From the IMG/VR virus record IMGVR_UViG_2908764845_000006, positions 32,001-96,000 of that record: a stretch of DNA of 64,000 bases, one strand, 5' to 3'. The position numbers and the translations under genes are program-made. Source of the DNA: a virus. Lineage: Duplodnaviria; Caudoviricetes. Positions 37,063-46,695 of this stretch are shown in pieces. The notes below the pieces were generated by a model. That model was not told the DNA's origin, made no database searches, and saw nothing but the letters and a program-made list of their open reading frames with translations. The number at the start of each line of letters is the position of its first letter. The stretch's first letter is position 1.

Positions 37063-37515
37063 ATGACGACCAAAGCCATTTCCGCCGTCCTCGCCGACAC
37101 CCGCAGCCCGGCTGCGCAGAAGGCATTCATCAACGCCTTCGCCGACGCGCCGCTGATCCCGCTCGAAGAGCAGATCGCGGACCTCGAGGCCAGGTTGGAC
37201 GCCATGGTGCTCAAGGCCGAGACCGGCGCGCAGTGGGCCGAGATTTGCCGCATCGAGCGCAACGAGATGATCCCGCTGCTGCGCCAGAAAGCGGTGCCGG
37301 TCGACCCGATGCGCAAGACCGCCTCGTCGATCGAGCACGGCACCAAGTTCTCCAAGTCGCAGGTCCAGTGGATCATGGACCACGACTGGGCGGTGCGCTC
37401 GCTGATGGGCGCCGTCGTCGTGATCGACCGCTTCACCTACAACGGATCGGCCTACGCCGAGTATTTCGTCTGGGCCGGCACCTTCAACGAGCTGCGCGAC
37501 TGGGCGGGGTACTGA
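37063..37515 (+). CDS. Hypothetical protein
   Basis: Hairpin + RBS leader; ends in LRDWAGY. Confidence 0.7.
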   Translation: MTTKAISAVLADTRSPAAQKAFINAFADAPLIPLEEQIADLEARLDAMVLKAETGAQWAEICRIERNEMIPLLRQKAVPVDPMRKTASSIEHGTKFSKSQVQWIMDHDWAVRSLMGAVVVIDRFTYNGSAYAEYFVWAGTFNELRDWAGY

Positions 37516-37518
37516 GCC

Positions 37519-37737
37519 GTGGCCCTGCACACCATGGACGTCGACCGCGGCTTTAGGCGTGAGACGATTGTCACCTGCTTGGTCGATATCTCCTCCGGCG
37601 TTGCCGGTGAGATCACCTGTATCGAATGCGGTGGCGATGGTGATTGGACCAAGTTTCACCCCGAGCCAGAGACGTTGACGGCGCCGATGCGGTGCATCGA
37701 GTGCAAGGGCACCGGGCGCATCTACGTGTCGATCTAG
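37519..37737 (+). CDS. DnaJ-type Zn-finger small protein
   Basis: CIECGGDG and CIECKGTG. Confidence 0.55.
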   Translation: MALHTMDVDRGFRRETIVTCLVDISSGVAGEITCIECGGDGDWTKFHPEPETLTAPMRCIECKGTGRIYVSI

Positions 37738-37790
37738 GTGGTCCACCCCGGACACCTCTTTTCAACTCGCAACCCCAAGGAGACCATCCA

Positions 37791-38267
37791 ATGCGAAAGC
37801 CCAAGACAATCACCGTGCAGCGCGGCCGCGTCGTCGGAGAAGGCGCAACCAAGACGCTCGCCAACGCCGACCTCGCGAGCAAGATCGACTTCCTGTGCCA
37901 CGCCGAGGGCGCGCACATCGAGGTGCGCTTCGGCCTCGTGCTGATCGTCTGTTCCGGCCCGACGGCCGAATGGAGCTACCAGGTCGTCGACCCCGCCCAT
38001 GAGAGGGAGGGCAAGGTGTTCTATCAGAACGGCCTCGGCGGAAACCTCACCATGCGTCAGGCGATCTCCAGGGTCCGCCTCTACGCCGCGCAGCGCGACT
38101 GGAAACCGCAGATCGGCGACGACGAGGGCTTCATCGCCCGCGCCGAGTGCCAATCCGAGCAGGAACGCGACCTGCGCCACTGGATCAAATGGCAGCGCAG
38201 CTACGCCGATCTGATCAAAGCAGGCAAGACGCACGCCGAGGCCCACCAGCAGGCGACGGGGTACTGA
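37791..38267 (+). CDS. Hypothetical protein
   Basis: AAGGAGACC RBS. Confidence 0.65.
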   Translation: MRKPKTITVQRGRVVGEGATKTLANADLASKIDFLCHAEGAHIEVRFGLVLIVCSGPTAEWSYQVVDPAHEREGKVFYQNGLGGNLTMRQAISRVRLYAAQRDWKPQIGDDEGFIARAECQSEQERDLRHWIKWQRSYADLIKAGKTHAEAHQQATGY

Positions 38268-38270
38268 GCG

Positions 38271-38547
38271 ATGACCCATCCCAACCTCCGCAACTTCATG
38301 GACCTGTCGACCGCGCATCTCTCGCCGACGACAAAGCGAGAAAGTCTCCGGCGAGTTCGCCCTCAACCACTGGGTCGCCGCCACGCCCTACGGCTGGTTC
38401 CTGTACTGCGACGAGGAGAACGCCGAGGACTCGATCCCGGCCGATCTGTTCGCCTGCATGACCTACGCCCGCCAGAACGGCGCCGACTACGTGCTGTTCG
38501 ATCAGGACGCCGACGCGCTCGACGATCTGCCGACCTTCGAGAACTAG
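38271..38547 (+). pseudogene. DUF5983-like gene with a frameshift near 38335
   Basis: DLSTAHLS in one frame continues as YGWFLY...IPADL...DYVLFDQDA...LPTFEN in another. Confidence 0.55.
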
Positions 38548-38549
38548 CG

Positions 38550-38729
38550 ATGGGCCGGCACAAGGGCCGCGATCCTCCGAAGTCGCACTGCATCCGAGGT
38601 CACCGCCTGCACGGCAAGAACCTCTACGTCCAACCCGACGGCGCCCGCGTGTGCCGTCGGTGTCGCGCTCTGAGCAAGATGGACTACCTCCGCCGCCTTC
38701 GCGGCACATCACCAAGGAGAAAACGATGA
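38550..38729 (+). CDS. Small Zn-binding protein
   Basis: HCIRGH...RVCRRC. Confidence 0.55.
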   Translation: MGRHKGRDPPKSHCIRGHRLHGKNLYVQPDGARVCRRCRALSKMDYLRRLRGTSPRRKR

Positions 38730-39031
38730 TGACCATTGCATATGACGTGACCGTCCGCCGCATCGGATACGGCGGTGGCGACATCCGGCTCCACGTGTTC
38801 GCTGCCAGCGAGCAGATGGCAATGGATCGCGCCGTCGATCAAGCCAAGCGCAAGAGCGCCATGCCACCGCGTCACCGCCGCTACGCGGTGTTCGCTGCGG
38901 TGGCGTGCGAGGTGTCGCTCGACCAGAGCCGCACCCGCCACGCCGCCCCCTTCGCCAAGACCGACCGCGGCTTCATGCGCCGCGCCGAGCGCCAGTCGAA
39001 GCAGATCGTTCGCAGCGCCTGCTTCGCCTGA
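38726..39031 (+). CDS. Hypothetical protein
   Basis: AAGGAGA RBS. Confidence 0.6.
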   Translation: MMTIAYDVTVRRIGYGGGDIRLHVFAASEQMAMDRAVDQAKRKSAMPPRHRRYAVFAAVACEVSLDQSRTRHAAPFAKTDRGFMRRAERQSKQIVRSACFA

Positions 39032-39062
39032 TCCACCAACCCAAGTCAGCAAGGAGACCACC

Positions 39063-39488
39063 ATGCCGAAAAGCAACTGCAAGCACTTCCCCAACGCCGA
39101 TGACCACTGCCTCGTATGCGAGACCGAGCAGCGCGCGGCGATGCGGTCCAGCGTCTACAACGACGAGCGCTCCACGTTCGCGCTGCACGCCGTGACCGCC
39201 TTCCGAGATGTCTGCCCCGGCAGCCGGAACGAAGATGGCAGCCCGCTGATCGAGGAGGCCGTCGGCGACCTGATCGCCAACCTGATGCACCTGTGCGTCA
39301 AGCACGGCGTCGACCCGCTCAAGCAGATCAAGAACGGCGTCTGCCACTTCGCGGTCGAGACCATCGAGCCCGACGGCGTGAGCCATGAGGCGCAGTTCAA
39401 CTACACCGTCTACGCCAGACCGTACGCCTCCGGCGAGAGCTGGCAGCTGTTCGACTGGCGGAACCCGCCCGCATCGAGGGAGACGTGA
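39063..39488 (+). CDS. Hypothetical protein (helical DLIANLMHL family)
   Basis: Hairpin + RBS leader. Confidence 0.65.
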   Translation: MPKSNCKHFPNADDHCLVCETEQRAAMRSSVYNDERSTFALHAVTAFRDVCPGSRNEDGSPLIEEAVGDLIANLMHLCVKHGVDPLKQIKNGVCHFAVETIEPDGVSHEAQFNYTVYARPYASGESWQLFDWRNPPASRET

Positions 39489-39577
39489 GCGATGCCCGTC
39501 ACGACCATCGCCGCCATCGTCCTCGCCTTCATCGTCATCAGCGCGCTCTGCGCGCATCGCTACGGGAGACCGCATCC

Positions 39578-39865
39578 ATGACCAAGACGCTCACGTCCGG
39601 CGACCGGGTCGCTTACGCCGCATCGTTCCTCAAGAGCACCGGGCAACACACCGGCGCCGCGCCACAGCGGCGCGGCACCTTTGTTTCCTATTGGGTATCC
39701 AACCCGGACTTCGCCCGCGTGCACTGGGACGATTTCGAGCAGATCGCTCCTCAGCTCGCCGAGCAGTATGGCGATGATTACGTGGCCGACGCCCGGTCCT
39801 GCGGATCACTCGTCCATGCCAAGAACATCGCAAAGATCGGGTCGGCGCGTTTCGCGCTGACGTGA
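39578..39865 (+). CDS. Hypothetical protein
   Basis: GGAGACC RBS. Confidence 0.6.
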   Translation: MTKTLTSGDRVAYAASFLKSTGQHTGAAPQRRGTFVSYWVSNPDFARVHWDDFEQIAPQLAEQYGDDYVADARSCGSLVHAKNIAKIGSARFALT

Positions 39866-39890
39866 CCGGCGTGTTCGAGGTCGTGGCGTC

Positions 39891-40046
39891 ATGAGCTACC
39901 ACGAGCGGGACGTGCGTCCCACCGACTGGGTGCTGACGCTCGCTGACGGCACCACCAAGACCGTCACCATCTACGACAACCGCCATCTCCGCGAGGAGAT
40001 GGCACGGCTCGGCGCCAAGCGCGCCGAGCCGACCGAGGCCATCTGA
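39891..40046 (+). CDS. Hypothetical protein (51 aa)
   Basis: Open frame filling the gap; GAGG RBS. Confidence 0.45.
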   Translation: MSYHERDVRPTDWVLTLADGTTKTVTIYDNRHLREEMARLGAKRAEPTEAI

Positions 40047-40064
40047 CATCAACAGGAGACTGCC

Positions 40065-40310
40065 ATGAATACCGAGATCAAGACGCTCGAAGATTTCGAG
40101 CGCGCCTGCAACGCGCACGACCTCACCTACGCCTACTCAGATGATGGCGAATGCTACAGGCGAGGCCGCAACAGCGAGGCGCGCATCGAGAAGGCCGCGG
40201 AGAACTTCCCCCGCGCAGACGTGGAGCGCATCTGGAATGCGATGGTCGACCGCAGGCTGGTCGACTTTGCCCGTGCCGCCTTCTATTGGCGCTGGCCCAA
40301 CAAGGGCTGA
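40065..40310 (+). CDS. Hypothetical protein
   Basis: HDLTYAYSDD motif; AGGAGAC RBS. Confidence 0.65.
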   Translation: MNTEIKTLEDFERACNAHDLTYAYSDDGECYRRGRNSEARIEKAAENFPRADVERIWNAMVDRRLVDFARAAFYWRWPNKG

Positions 40311-40367
40311 CCATCACCCCACCACCAAACCCGCCGTTTCGCAGACGGCAATCAAGGAGACCATCCC

Positions 40368-40756
40368 ATGAAGTCCATCGTCCCGAACTACCCGATGCCC
40401 TCGCAGTCGATCCTCGTCCCCAACGAGACCGAGGTCCGCGTCCGCCTCTGGGCGACGTCCTCCGTAACCATCTCGTGGGTCGAGATGGGCATGATCCTGG
40501 CCGCGCACGTTGTGCTCGGCTTCCTGATCGGCCTTGCGACGACGACCCGGCGGCATTCGCCGCCGCCGTCGTTGCGATCTGCTCGCGCTCCGGCGGATCG
40601 CCGGCGGACCGAGAACACCTCCAGCAGTTCGGAGCGACGTGTCTCAACGCCAGCATGAACGGCGCCGACGCCGCCCTTCGAGCGTTCCTCGCAGCTGACT
40701 GGGAGCTCTTCACCGGGCATCCGCCCTGTCAGTACGTCGCACCTCGCGACAAGTAA
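40368..40756 (+). pseudogene. Gene with an apparent frameshift near 40535
   Basis: Full leader; coding-like sequence continues in another frame (DDDPAAFAAAV...PRDK*). Confidence 0.45.
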
Positions 40757-40802
40757 CCCACTCACCCCCGTTCGCAGCGGGCTCAACAAGGAGACCGCCA
40801 TC

Positions 40803-40980
40803 ATGACGAACGAAGATCGCCGACAGCACGGCCGCGCCGTGCTGCAGACTTACGAGGCCCTGCCGGGCGTCGAGACCCGCGCCGATGGCGCCCGACCTCC
40901 GCCACACCGTGTCGATCGACGTGTTCGCGAAAGCGGTCAGCCTGTCGGAGACGCACTTCCATGCCGAGGCAGGCCGATGA
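40803..40980 (+). pseudogene. Short gene with an apparent frameshift near 40885
   Basis: Full leader; alternative frame DLRHTV...ETHFHAEAGR*. Confidence 0.4.
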
Positions 40981-41358
40981 GGAAATCCCTAATTATCCAG
41001 ATGACACCACAATACACAGCATCTAGGAATATAAGCTAAACAACTGATTTTGCGGCGCTTTCCATACCATGAGTTTTCAGAAGCTTGCGAGACGCAGCAA
41101 CAGACGCAGTGATTGACGCCGAACCGAATCTCTGCGCATAAACGAACATCCGCTTGCAGGCGGGGTGTTGTCTGTTCCGTATCCAAGCGGGCGGATGTTC
41201 TGCCTAGAAGTCCCGCCTCGGCTCCACACCGGGGCGGGCACGGCCCCTTAAAAGGAGAGCCGGATCGCAAGCCCGAACTTGGGAATGCGGGAAGCGCAGT
41301 CAGATGCCTCCCCTCCTAAAGACAGGCGGCGATTCGGTCAACGGGAAACTGTGACTCG

Positions 41359-42138
41359 ATGGATCGCAAAGAGACTGTCTACGAAATGCTAGAGCGTCGA
41401 GAACGCGAACTTACGCATGAACTCGCCGGGCTAAAGGGTGAGATTGATGTGCGCGAGAACGAACTTGCGCACGTTCGATCAGCTAGACGGCAGATTGATA
41501 TGCTGGGCGGTAATGACGCCGCGCGATTTGGCAAACTTTCCGGCGTCGCTGCAACAGGAAATCCAATCGAAGATTCCGCCAGTGGACCGACCCTTGAAGG
41601 CGTCGTTAATGTTGCAATTGGCGTTGGCTCACTCATAGCAAAAACATCTAGGATTATAGCGGAAGCACAAGACCGCAATCCATTTTTGCAGTTCGAGGGT
41701 CTCACGATTAAACAACTAATCGTCAAAGCCCTAGGTGACCATTTCCTGAATGGCGCTTCTGCCAGCGAGCTTCGAGATTTCATTGAAAATGCGTATGACC
41801 GGAATATCGAGCGGTCTAGTCTGACGCCGCAGTTGTCGCGACTTAGGGACGAAGGAGTCGTCGAATATTTTCAGCCGCAGAGCGAAACCGAAACCGGACC
41901 AAAAGCCTTTGTGGTCGCCCGCCAGTTTAATTCAGCTATTCGTCGTTTCCCGCTTGGCGCTGAGCTTGTGGTTCCGGACGACGCTGATGCACTTCGTATT
42001 CTCAAGAAAGAATTAGAGCCGCGTGAGCTTGAGGATTTGATAAAGCGCCGCTGGATCGTTCCGCATGGCGCGGGCCTTTGGAGACTCGCGCACCAGGGTT
42101 CCAACCATCCTACTTTGATTGAGGGAAAAGCAGGGTGA
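41359..42138 (+). CDS. IS passenger protein with winged-helix-like segment
   Basis: 259 aa, lower GC; ERSSLTPQLSRLRDEG. Confidence 0.65.
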   Translation: MDRKETVYEMLERRERELTHELAGLKGEIDVRENELAHVRSARRQIDMLGGNDAARFGKLSGVAATGNPIEDSASGPTLEGVVNVAIGVGSLIAKTSRIIAEAQDRNPFLQFEGLTIKQLIVKALGDHFLNGASASELRDFIENAYDRNIERSSLTPQLSRLRDEGVVEYFQPQSETETGPKAFVVARQFNSAIRRFPLGAELVVPDDADALRILKKELEPRELEDLIKRRWIVPHGAGLWRLAHQGSNHPTLIEGKAG

Positions 42139-42383
42139 ACGAAATACCGACTGCATCCGGGCCGTGGCACCGGTGCAGTGGGCAGCGAAAGGGTGGAGAC
42201 CCGAGTAGCAATCTTGAGGCGCGAAACGGGGCGGTCACGGTAAGCCCCGAAGGAGGGTAACATGCAACAACGTGGTTGAGGCATGAAACGTGGCGCGTCA
42301 TCGGGCTGGACCCCGGTGGCGCGTTACGCGCTTATCTACTAGATAGTCGTTAACTCTCAAGAATCGAGGCTAGACTAATATCA

Positions 42384-42554
42384 ATGGCCAATCAACGTGA
42401 CGAACCATATAGCGAACAAGAAGCGCAACGCCGTTTTCTCGTCACACTCAAGACAGCGCTGAATACCCCACCAAAGCCGCTCAAAATGATGCCTCGCAAA
42501 GGCGTGGCTGCTCAATCCAAGAAACGCCGCAAGACGGCTAAGAAGTCCGCTTAG
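42384..42554 (+). CDS. Small basic protein convergent with the IS1595 transposase
   Basis: MANQRDEPYSEQEAQRRF...ALNTPPKP... Confidence 0.5.
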   Translation: MANQRDEPYSEQEAQRRFLVTLKTALNTPPKPLKMMPRKGVAAQSKKRRKTAKKSA

Positions 42555-42607
42555 GGCGTTTCTTCCGCCAGCGCAGAAACCTGCCGGCCTGATATCTAAA
42601 GACCGGC

Positions 42608-42922
42608 TCAGTGAGTTTGATGATAGGTCAGGCGCTTGCCTTCCACGGCCTTGATTGCGGCTTTGGTGCGGTCGGTATCGCTGTAGCCAAGACCAACACG
42701 ATGGTTGTAGCGGAAATCAAACTCGGCAAGGTAGCGATGCAAATGCTTTTCTTTGCAATGCTGGTAGACACCAGTCATGCCGCGCTTGAAGATCGAAAAT
42801 GATCCTTCGATCGTGTTCGTGTGAACGTCTCCGCGAGCATATTCCTTGGCGCTATGTCGCACGGTTTCATGCGAAGCAAAATGCTGATCCGCGCCGCTGT
42901 AAAGTTTGCTTTCGTCCGTCAT
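42608..42922 (-). pseudogene. IS1595-family (ISXO2-like) transposase, C-terminal fragment
   Basis: MTDE...HETVRHS...VHTNTIEG.FS.FKRG...KHLHRYLAEFDFRYN. Confidence 0.85.
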
Positions 42923-43630
42923 CAAGGTCCTGATCGCCTGCGAGTACACCGGCACCGTGCGGCGCGCATTCGCCGCACGGGGCCATGCTGTCTGGTCCTG
43001 CGACCTGCTTCCCTCGCTCGATGGCAGCAACCGCCACATCGTCGACGACGTCCGCAACGTGCTCGACGGCGACTGGGACTTCCTCATGGTGGCGCACCCG
43101 CCGTGCACCCGGCTCGCGAACAGCGGCGTGCGCTGGCTCGACGAGCCGCCCGGTCGACTGACACGGCCGAGCACTACTCGACGAAGGAGATCGCCGCCTA
43201 CGCCACGATGAACCGGCGCGAGCGCCTGGACTTCATCTGGTTCAAGCTCGAGGAAGGCGCCAAGCTGTTCTCCACGCTCTGGGACGCGAAGATACCGCGC
43301 AAAGTGCTGGAGAACCCGGTGATGCACAAGCACGCCAAGAAGCGCATCCGTCGCTACCGCGAGTTCTCGCAGTCGATCCAGCCGTGGATGTTCGGCGACT
43401 TCGAGACCAAGCGGACCTGCTTCTGGACCGACTTCGAGGGCGAGGACGCGCCGCCGCTCAAGCCGACGTACCGGACGATGGAGGAGTGCCGCAGGGCACT
43501 CAACCTGCCGCGCGGCGCCAAGCCGGTCGACCGCGTCCACAAGGCAGCACCCGGCCCGAAGCGATGGGCCGAGCGCAGCAAGTTCTTCCCCAAGGTGGCG
43601 GAGCAACTCGCCATCCAATACGCCGGATAA
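42921..43630 (+). pseudogene. Phage C5-cytosine methyltransferase-like gene, start lost and frameshifted near 43160
   Basis: KVLIACEYTG, SCDLLP and AHPPCT in one frame; ENPV, IQPWMFG and KRTCFW in another. Confidence 0.7.
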
Positions 43631-43673
43631 CCCGCCCCGTTTCGCAGACGGGCAACACCAGGAGACCAACCAC

Positions 43674-43931
43674 ATGAAGATTCTTTACCAATACGTCGCC
43701 CCGAAGGTCGGCGCGAAGATCAGGCTGATCGAGGGGACGGCGTTCGTGCCGGCAACGCCGTTCCAGCCGGCGACCGAGCGCAGGGCCTTCGCCGTCACGC
43801 TCGACATCCCCGGCGAGTACGCCACGTTCGAGCGCTACCACGACGTCGAGTACGCGGCCGGCGCCTTCATCAGTACCTGTGAGATGTTCGGCGACGTCAT
43901 GATGCGCAATCAGGTGGTGTTCGTCCCATGA
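43674..43931 (+). CDS. Hypothetical protein
   Basis: Hairpin + AGGAGACC leader. Confidence 0.65.
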   Translation: MKILYQYVAPKVGAKIRLIEGTAFVPATPFQPATERRAFAVTLDIPGEYATFERYHDVEYAAGAFISTCEMFGDVMMRNQVVFVP

Positions 43932-44233
43932 GGAGGAGCAACGTCGGACCGCTGGTCGACGAGCTGGGCCTGCTGGAGGCCCAGATTGCCGACATCGAGA
44001 CCAAGGCCCAGCCGCTGCGTGACCAGATCAAGGCCATGGGCGCCGGCGCCTATGAGGGCGATCTATTCCGCGCGGTCGTCTCCGAATACGAGCGCAAGAA
44101 CCTCAACATGAAGGCGGTGAAGAAAAAGCTCTCCCCGCAGTTCATCCGTGCCCACACCAAATACACGCCGACCACGAGCCTCACCGTCAACGGGCGCAAT
44201 GCGATCGACGTGACCACCGAGGGCGACGATTAG
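43928..44233 (+). CDS. Hypothetical protein
   Basis: VDELGLLEAQIA...YEGDLF. Confidence 0.65.
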   Translation: MRRSNVGPLVDELGLLEAQIADIETKAQPLRDQIKAMGAGAYEGDLFRAVVSEYERKNLNMKAVKKKLSPQFIRAHTKYTPTTSLTVNGRNAIDVTTEGDD

Positions 44234-44310
44234 TCGCCTTCCACGACCCGGCACTGGGCCTTCGCAGGGCCCGGGCCGGAGACCTGCAACCTCAAACAAG
44301 GAGACCAACC

Positions 44311-44973
44311 ATGAGAACCATCACGGTCGAGCTGTTCCAGTTCGACGAGCTGAGCGACAAGGCCAAGGAGAAGGCCCGGGACTGGTACCGCAGCGCCAGC
44401 GAGGGCGACAACACCTTCGCCGAGTTCGTGATCGAGGACGCCGTCACGGTCGCGGAGTGCTTCGGCATCGAGCTTGACCAACGCTCCTATACCACCGTCG
44501 GCGGCAAGACCCGGTACGAGCCGAAGATTTGGTGGCGAGGGTTCTGGAGCCAGGGTGACGGCGCGAGCTTCGAGGGGACCTTCCGCTCGCACGAGAAGGG
44601 CTCCGCCAAGCAGCGCATCAAGGCGCACGCGCCGAAGGACGAGAAGCTACGCGAGATCGCCGCGACGATCGACGACCTGCAGCGCAAGTACCGCAAGCGC
44701 CTCTGGGCCAAGATCACCCAGCGGGATAACCACTATGTCCACGCCTACACAATGAGCCTCGACGCGGAGGCGATCACTGCCGCCGGCAACGTCCGCGACG
44801 TTTCTGCCGAGGACGAGGAGGCGCTGCTCACGGCCATGCGCGACTTCGCCAACTGGATCTACCGACAGCTGGAGAAGGAATACAACCACCAGAACTCGGA
44901 CGAGCAGATCGACGAGACGATCCGCGCCAACGAGTACGACTTCAAGGGCGATGGACGGAGGGCCTGTGCATGA
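44311..44973 (+). CDS. Conserved phage/plasmid hypothetical protein
   Basis: FQFDELSDKAKEKARDWYR...GFWSQGDGASF...ANEYDF. Confidence 0.75.
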   Translation: MRTITVELFQFDELSDKAKEKARDWYRSASEGDNTFAEFVIEDAVTVAECFGIELDQRSYTTVGGKTRYEPKIWWRGFWSQGDGASFEGTFRSHEKGSAKQRIKAHAPKDEKLREIAATIDDLQRKYRKRLWAKITQRDNHYVHAYTMSLDAEAITAAGNVRDVSAEDEEALLTAMRDFANWIYRQLEKEYNHQNSDEQIDETIRANEYDFKGDGRRACA

Positions 44974-45194
44974 GCGTCCAGATCGCCCGCGATTCCTTCG
45001 CCCGTCAGGACCTGTGCCGCGAGGTCGTCGCAACCTCGCAGGACTGCGATTGGTGCGGCGGCTTCCGCTATCGCAGCGGCCGCAAGCTGCAGGCCCTGTT
45101 CCGCTACAGCACCGAGACCAACGGCGGCCGCACGCACGAGCATCGCGGCCTGTTCTGCTCGAAGGGCTGTCACGACAGCTACCACGACCAATGA
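44970..45194 (+). CDS. Small Zn-finger protein
   Basis: CDWCG...FCSKGC. Confidence 0.6.
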   Translation: MSVQIARDSFARQDLCREVVATSQDCDWCGGFRYRSGRKLQALFRYSTETNGGRTHEHRGLFCSKGCHDSYHDQ

Positions 45195-45343
45195 GCAAGC
45201 CCGTCTACATGGTGTTGCGCCGGGCGGAGCCCGGCACGCACTACGTGCTTGCGACCCATCGCAAGTTCTATCGCTACAGCGAGGCCGCCCTGTTCACCCA
45301 GAGCCTCGCTGTTTCCTGCAACCCCATCATCCTGATGATCTGA
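45191..45343 (+). CDS. Hypothetical protein
   Basis: ATGA overlap. Confidence 0.45.
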   Translation: MSKPVYMVLRRAEPGTHYVLATHRKFYRYSEAALFTQSLAVSCNPIILMI

Positions 45344-45357
45344 CAAGGAGACCAACC

Positions 45358-45606
45358 GTGAGTGAGAAACCCGAACTCTGTTACGTCGTGGTGCCCGGCA
45401 ATGAGCCGGGCAACCGCATCGGCATCGTCAAGCGCGGCGAGGCCGGCTACTACCTCACCGACTTCGATAATGACGAGGTGCCGATGTCGGCGGTGGAGGA
45501 AGCTGTCGACGAGCTGAACGATCGCCTCGGCGTCACCGCCGAGGAGGCGATGCGCATGAAGTCCGGCTCGATGTTCGGCTGGGACACTCCGGCGGCAAGG
45601 GAGTGA
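45358..45606 (+). CDS. Hypothetical protein
   Basis: AAGGAGACC RBS; GSMFGWDTP motif. Confidence 0.7.
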   Translation: MSEKPELCYVVVPGNEPGNRIGIVKRGEAGYYLTDFDNDEVPMSAVEEAVDELNDRLGVTAEEAMRMKSGSMFGWDTPAARE

Positions 45607-45609
45607 GCG

Positions 45610-46044
45610 ATGCAGCGCAACACCCCCACCTTCCGCTGGAAGCTCTCCTACATGGGCGGCGTCGAGTACGAGGTTCACGACGAGACCGGCAGCTATCTGG
45701 TCGAGATCGCGATGCGCAGTCCCAACAGCTACCACCTGTCGGTCTGCAACGGCGATGACGTCCGCTCCGAGGTCAAGTCCCGGGTCGGTATCCTGCGCCG
45801 GTGCAGCTGCATCCGCCGCGCCGACGGCTCGTGGACCTTCGAGGTCGGCCCCGAGGTCGTCGACGCCTTCAACGAGTGGCGCATGGAGCAGCACTTCATG
45901 TGGCTCGCCCAGCTGGAGGCGCAGCCGGAACGCTACGGCGTCATCGGCCCTGACGACGAGTTCCGGCGACTGCCGCTCATGGCACGCGGCGGCGACTACC
46001 GGTTCGGAGAGCATGTCTGGGAGGTCACCCATGCCCTCGCATGA
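45610..46044 (+). CDS. Hypothetical protein
   Basis: 144 aa. Confidence 0.6.
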   Translation: MQRNTPTFRWKLSYMGGVEYEVHDETGSYLVEIAMRSPNSYHLSVCNGDDVRSEVKSRVGILRRCSCIRRADGSWTFEVGPEVVDAFNEWRMEQHFMWLAQLEAQPERYGVIGPDDEFRRLPLMARGGDYRFGEHVWEVTHALA

Positions 46045-46378
46045 CAATGACAACGTCACCCCGGTCATCTTCCGGGCGTGCACCTTCAAGGAGCCCGAGG
46101 GACGCGCGGCGGAGATCACCGCCGTGTTCCCTGCCGAGTTGGGAGCCTACGACGCCAACACCATGAGCTGCTATGCGCACCTCGGGCAGCACGGCATCTG
46201 TGATGTCGGCTGGTACATCCGCACGAGGCCCGCCACACCGGAAGAGTATGCAGACCTCAAGCGAGAGCTGGAGGCCGCGCCCTTTGGTTACCGGTTCAAG
46301 GTCTATGACCGGATGCAGCCGTGGATGCGGACGGCGCGTCTCGCGCAGGAGCGATCGCTCCGAGGGCGAGGCGCGTGA
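46031..46378 (+). CDS. Hypothetical protein
   Basis: AVFP...SCYAHLGQHG...ATPEEYADLKRELE. Confidence 0.65.
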   Translation: MPSHDNDNVTPVIFRACTFKEPEGRAAEITAVFPAELGAYDANTMSCYAHLGQHGICDVGWYIRTRPATPEEYADLKRELEAAPFGYRFKVYDRMQPWMRTARLAQERSLRGRGA

Positions 46379-46617
46379 TGGCGACCGATCGCATGACCCA
46401 CGACTGGCAGCCGCTCCCGGCTGCTGACGGATGCGCGACCAAGGGGAAATGGGAGCACGTCCCCGGCAAGCCGGCCTGCCTCGTGCGGACCGAGCCGACG
46501 CCGCAGGGTTTCCTGTGGCAGCACGGCAAGCAATACGGCTTCGGCAAGACCCTTGCCGAGGCCAAGGAGTGGGCGGAGGCAGCCAGAGAGTTCTGGCCGC
46601 GTCACCTGCCCGGATAA
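46378..46617 (+). CDS. Hypothetical protein
   Basis: TGATG overlap. Confidence 0.5.
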   Translation: MATDRMTHDWQPLPAADGCATKGKWEHVPGKPACLVRTEPTPQGFLWQHGKQYGFGKTLAEAKEWAEAAREFWPRHLPG

Positions 46618-46695
46618 CGACGCCCCCGCGCGACCGATTTCGCAGATCGCCGCGCGAGCCCCACCCGGATCACTTCACACAAGGAGACCATCACC

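Larger units (their letters stand above)
40988..42922 (-). mobile_element. Truncated IS1595-family element with passenger genes
   Basis: Lower GC; end sequence CCTAATTATCCAGATGACACC resembles IS1595-family inverted repeats; only the transposase C-terminus remains. Confidence 0.7.

Noticed and set aside
42608-43675. 355-aa minus-strand ORF as a full transposase
   Set aside because: Only the last 104 aa are IS1595-like; the rest is antisense to the methyltransferase-like gene
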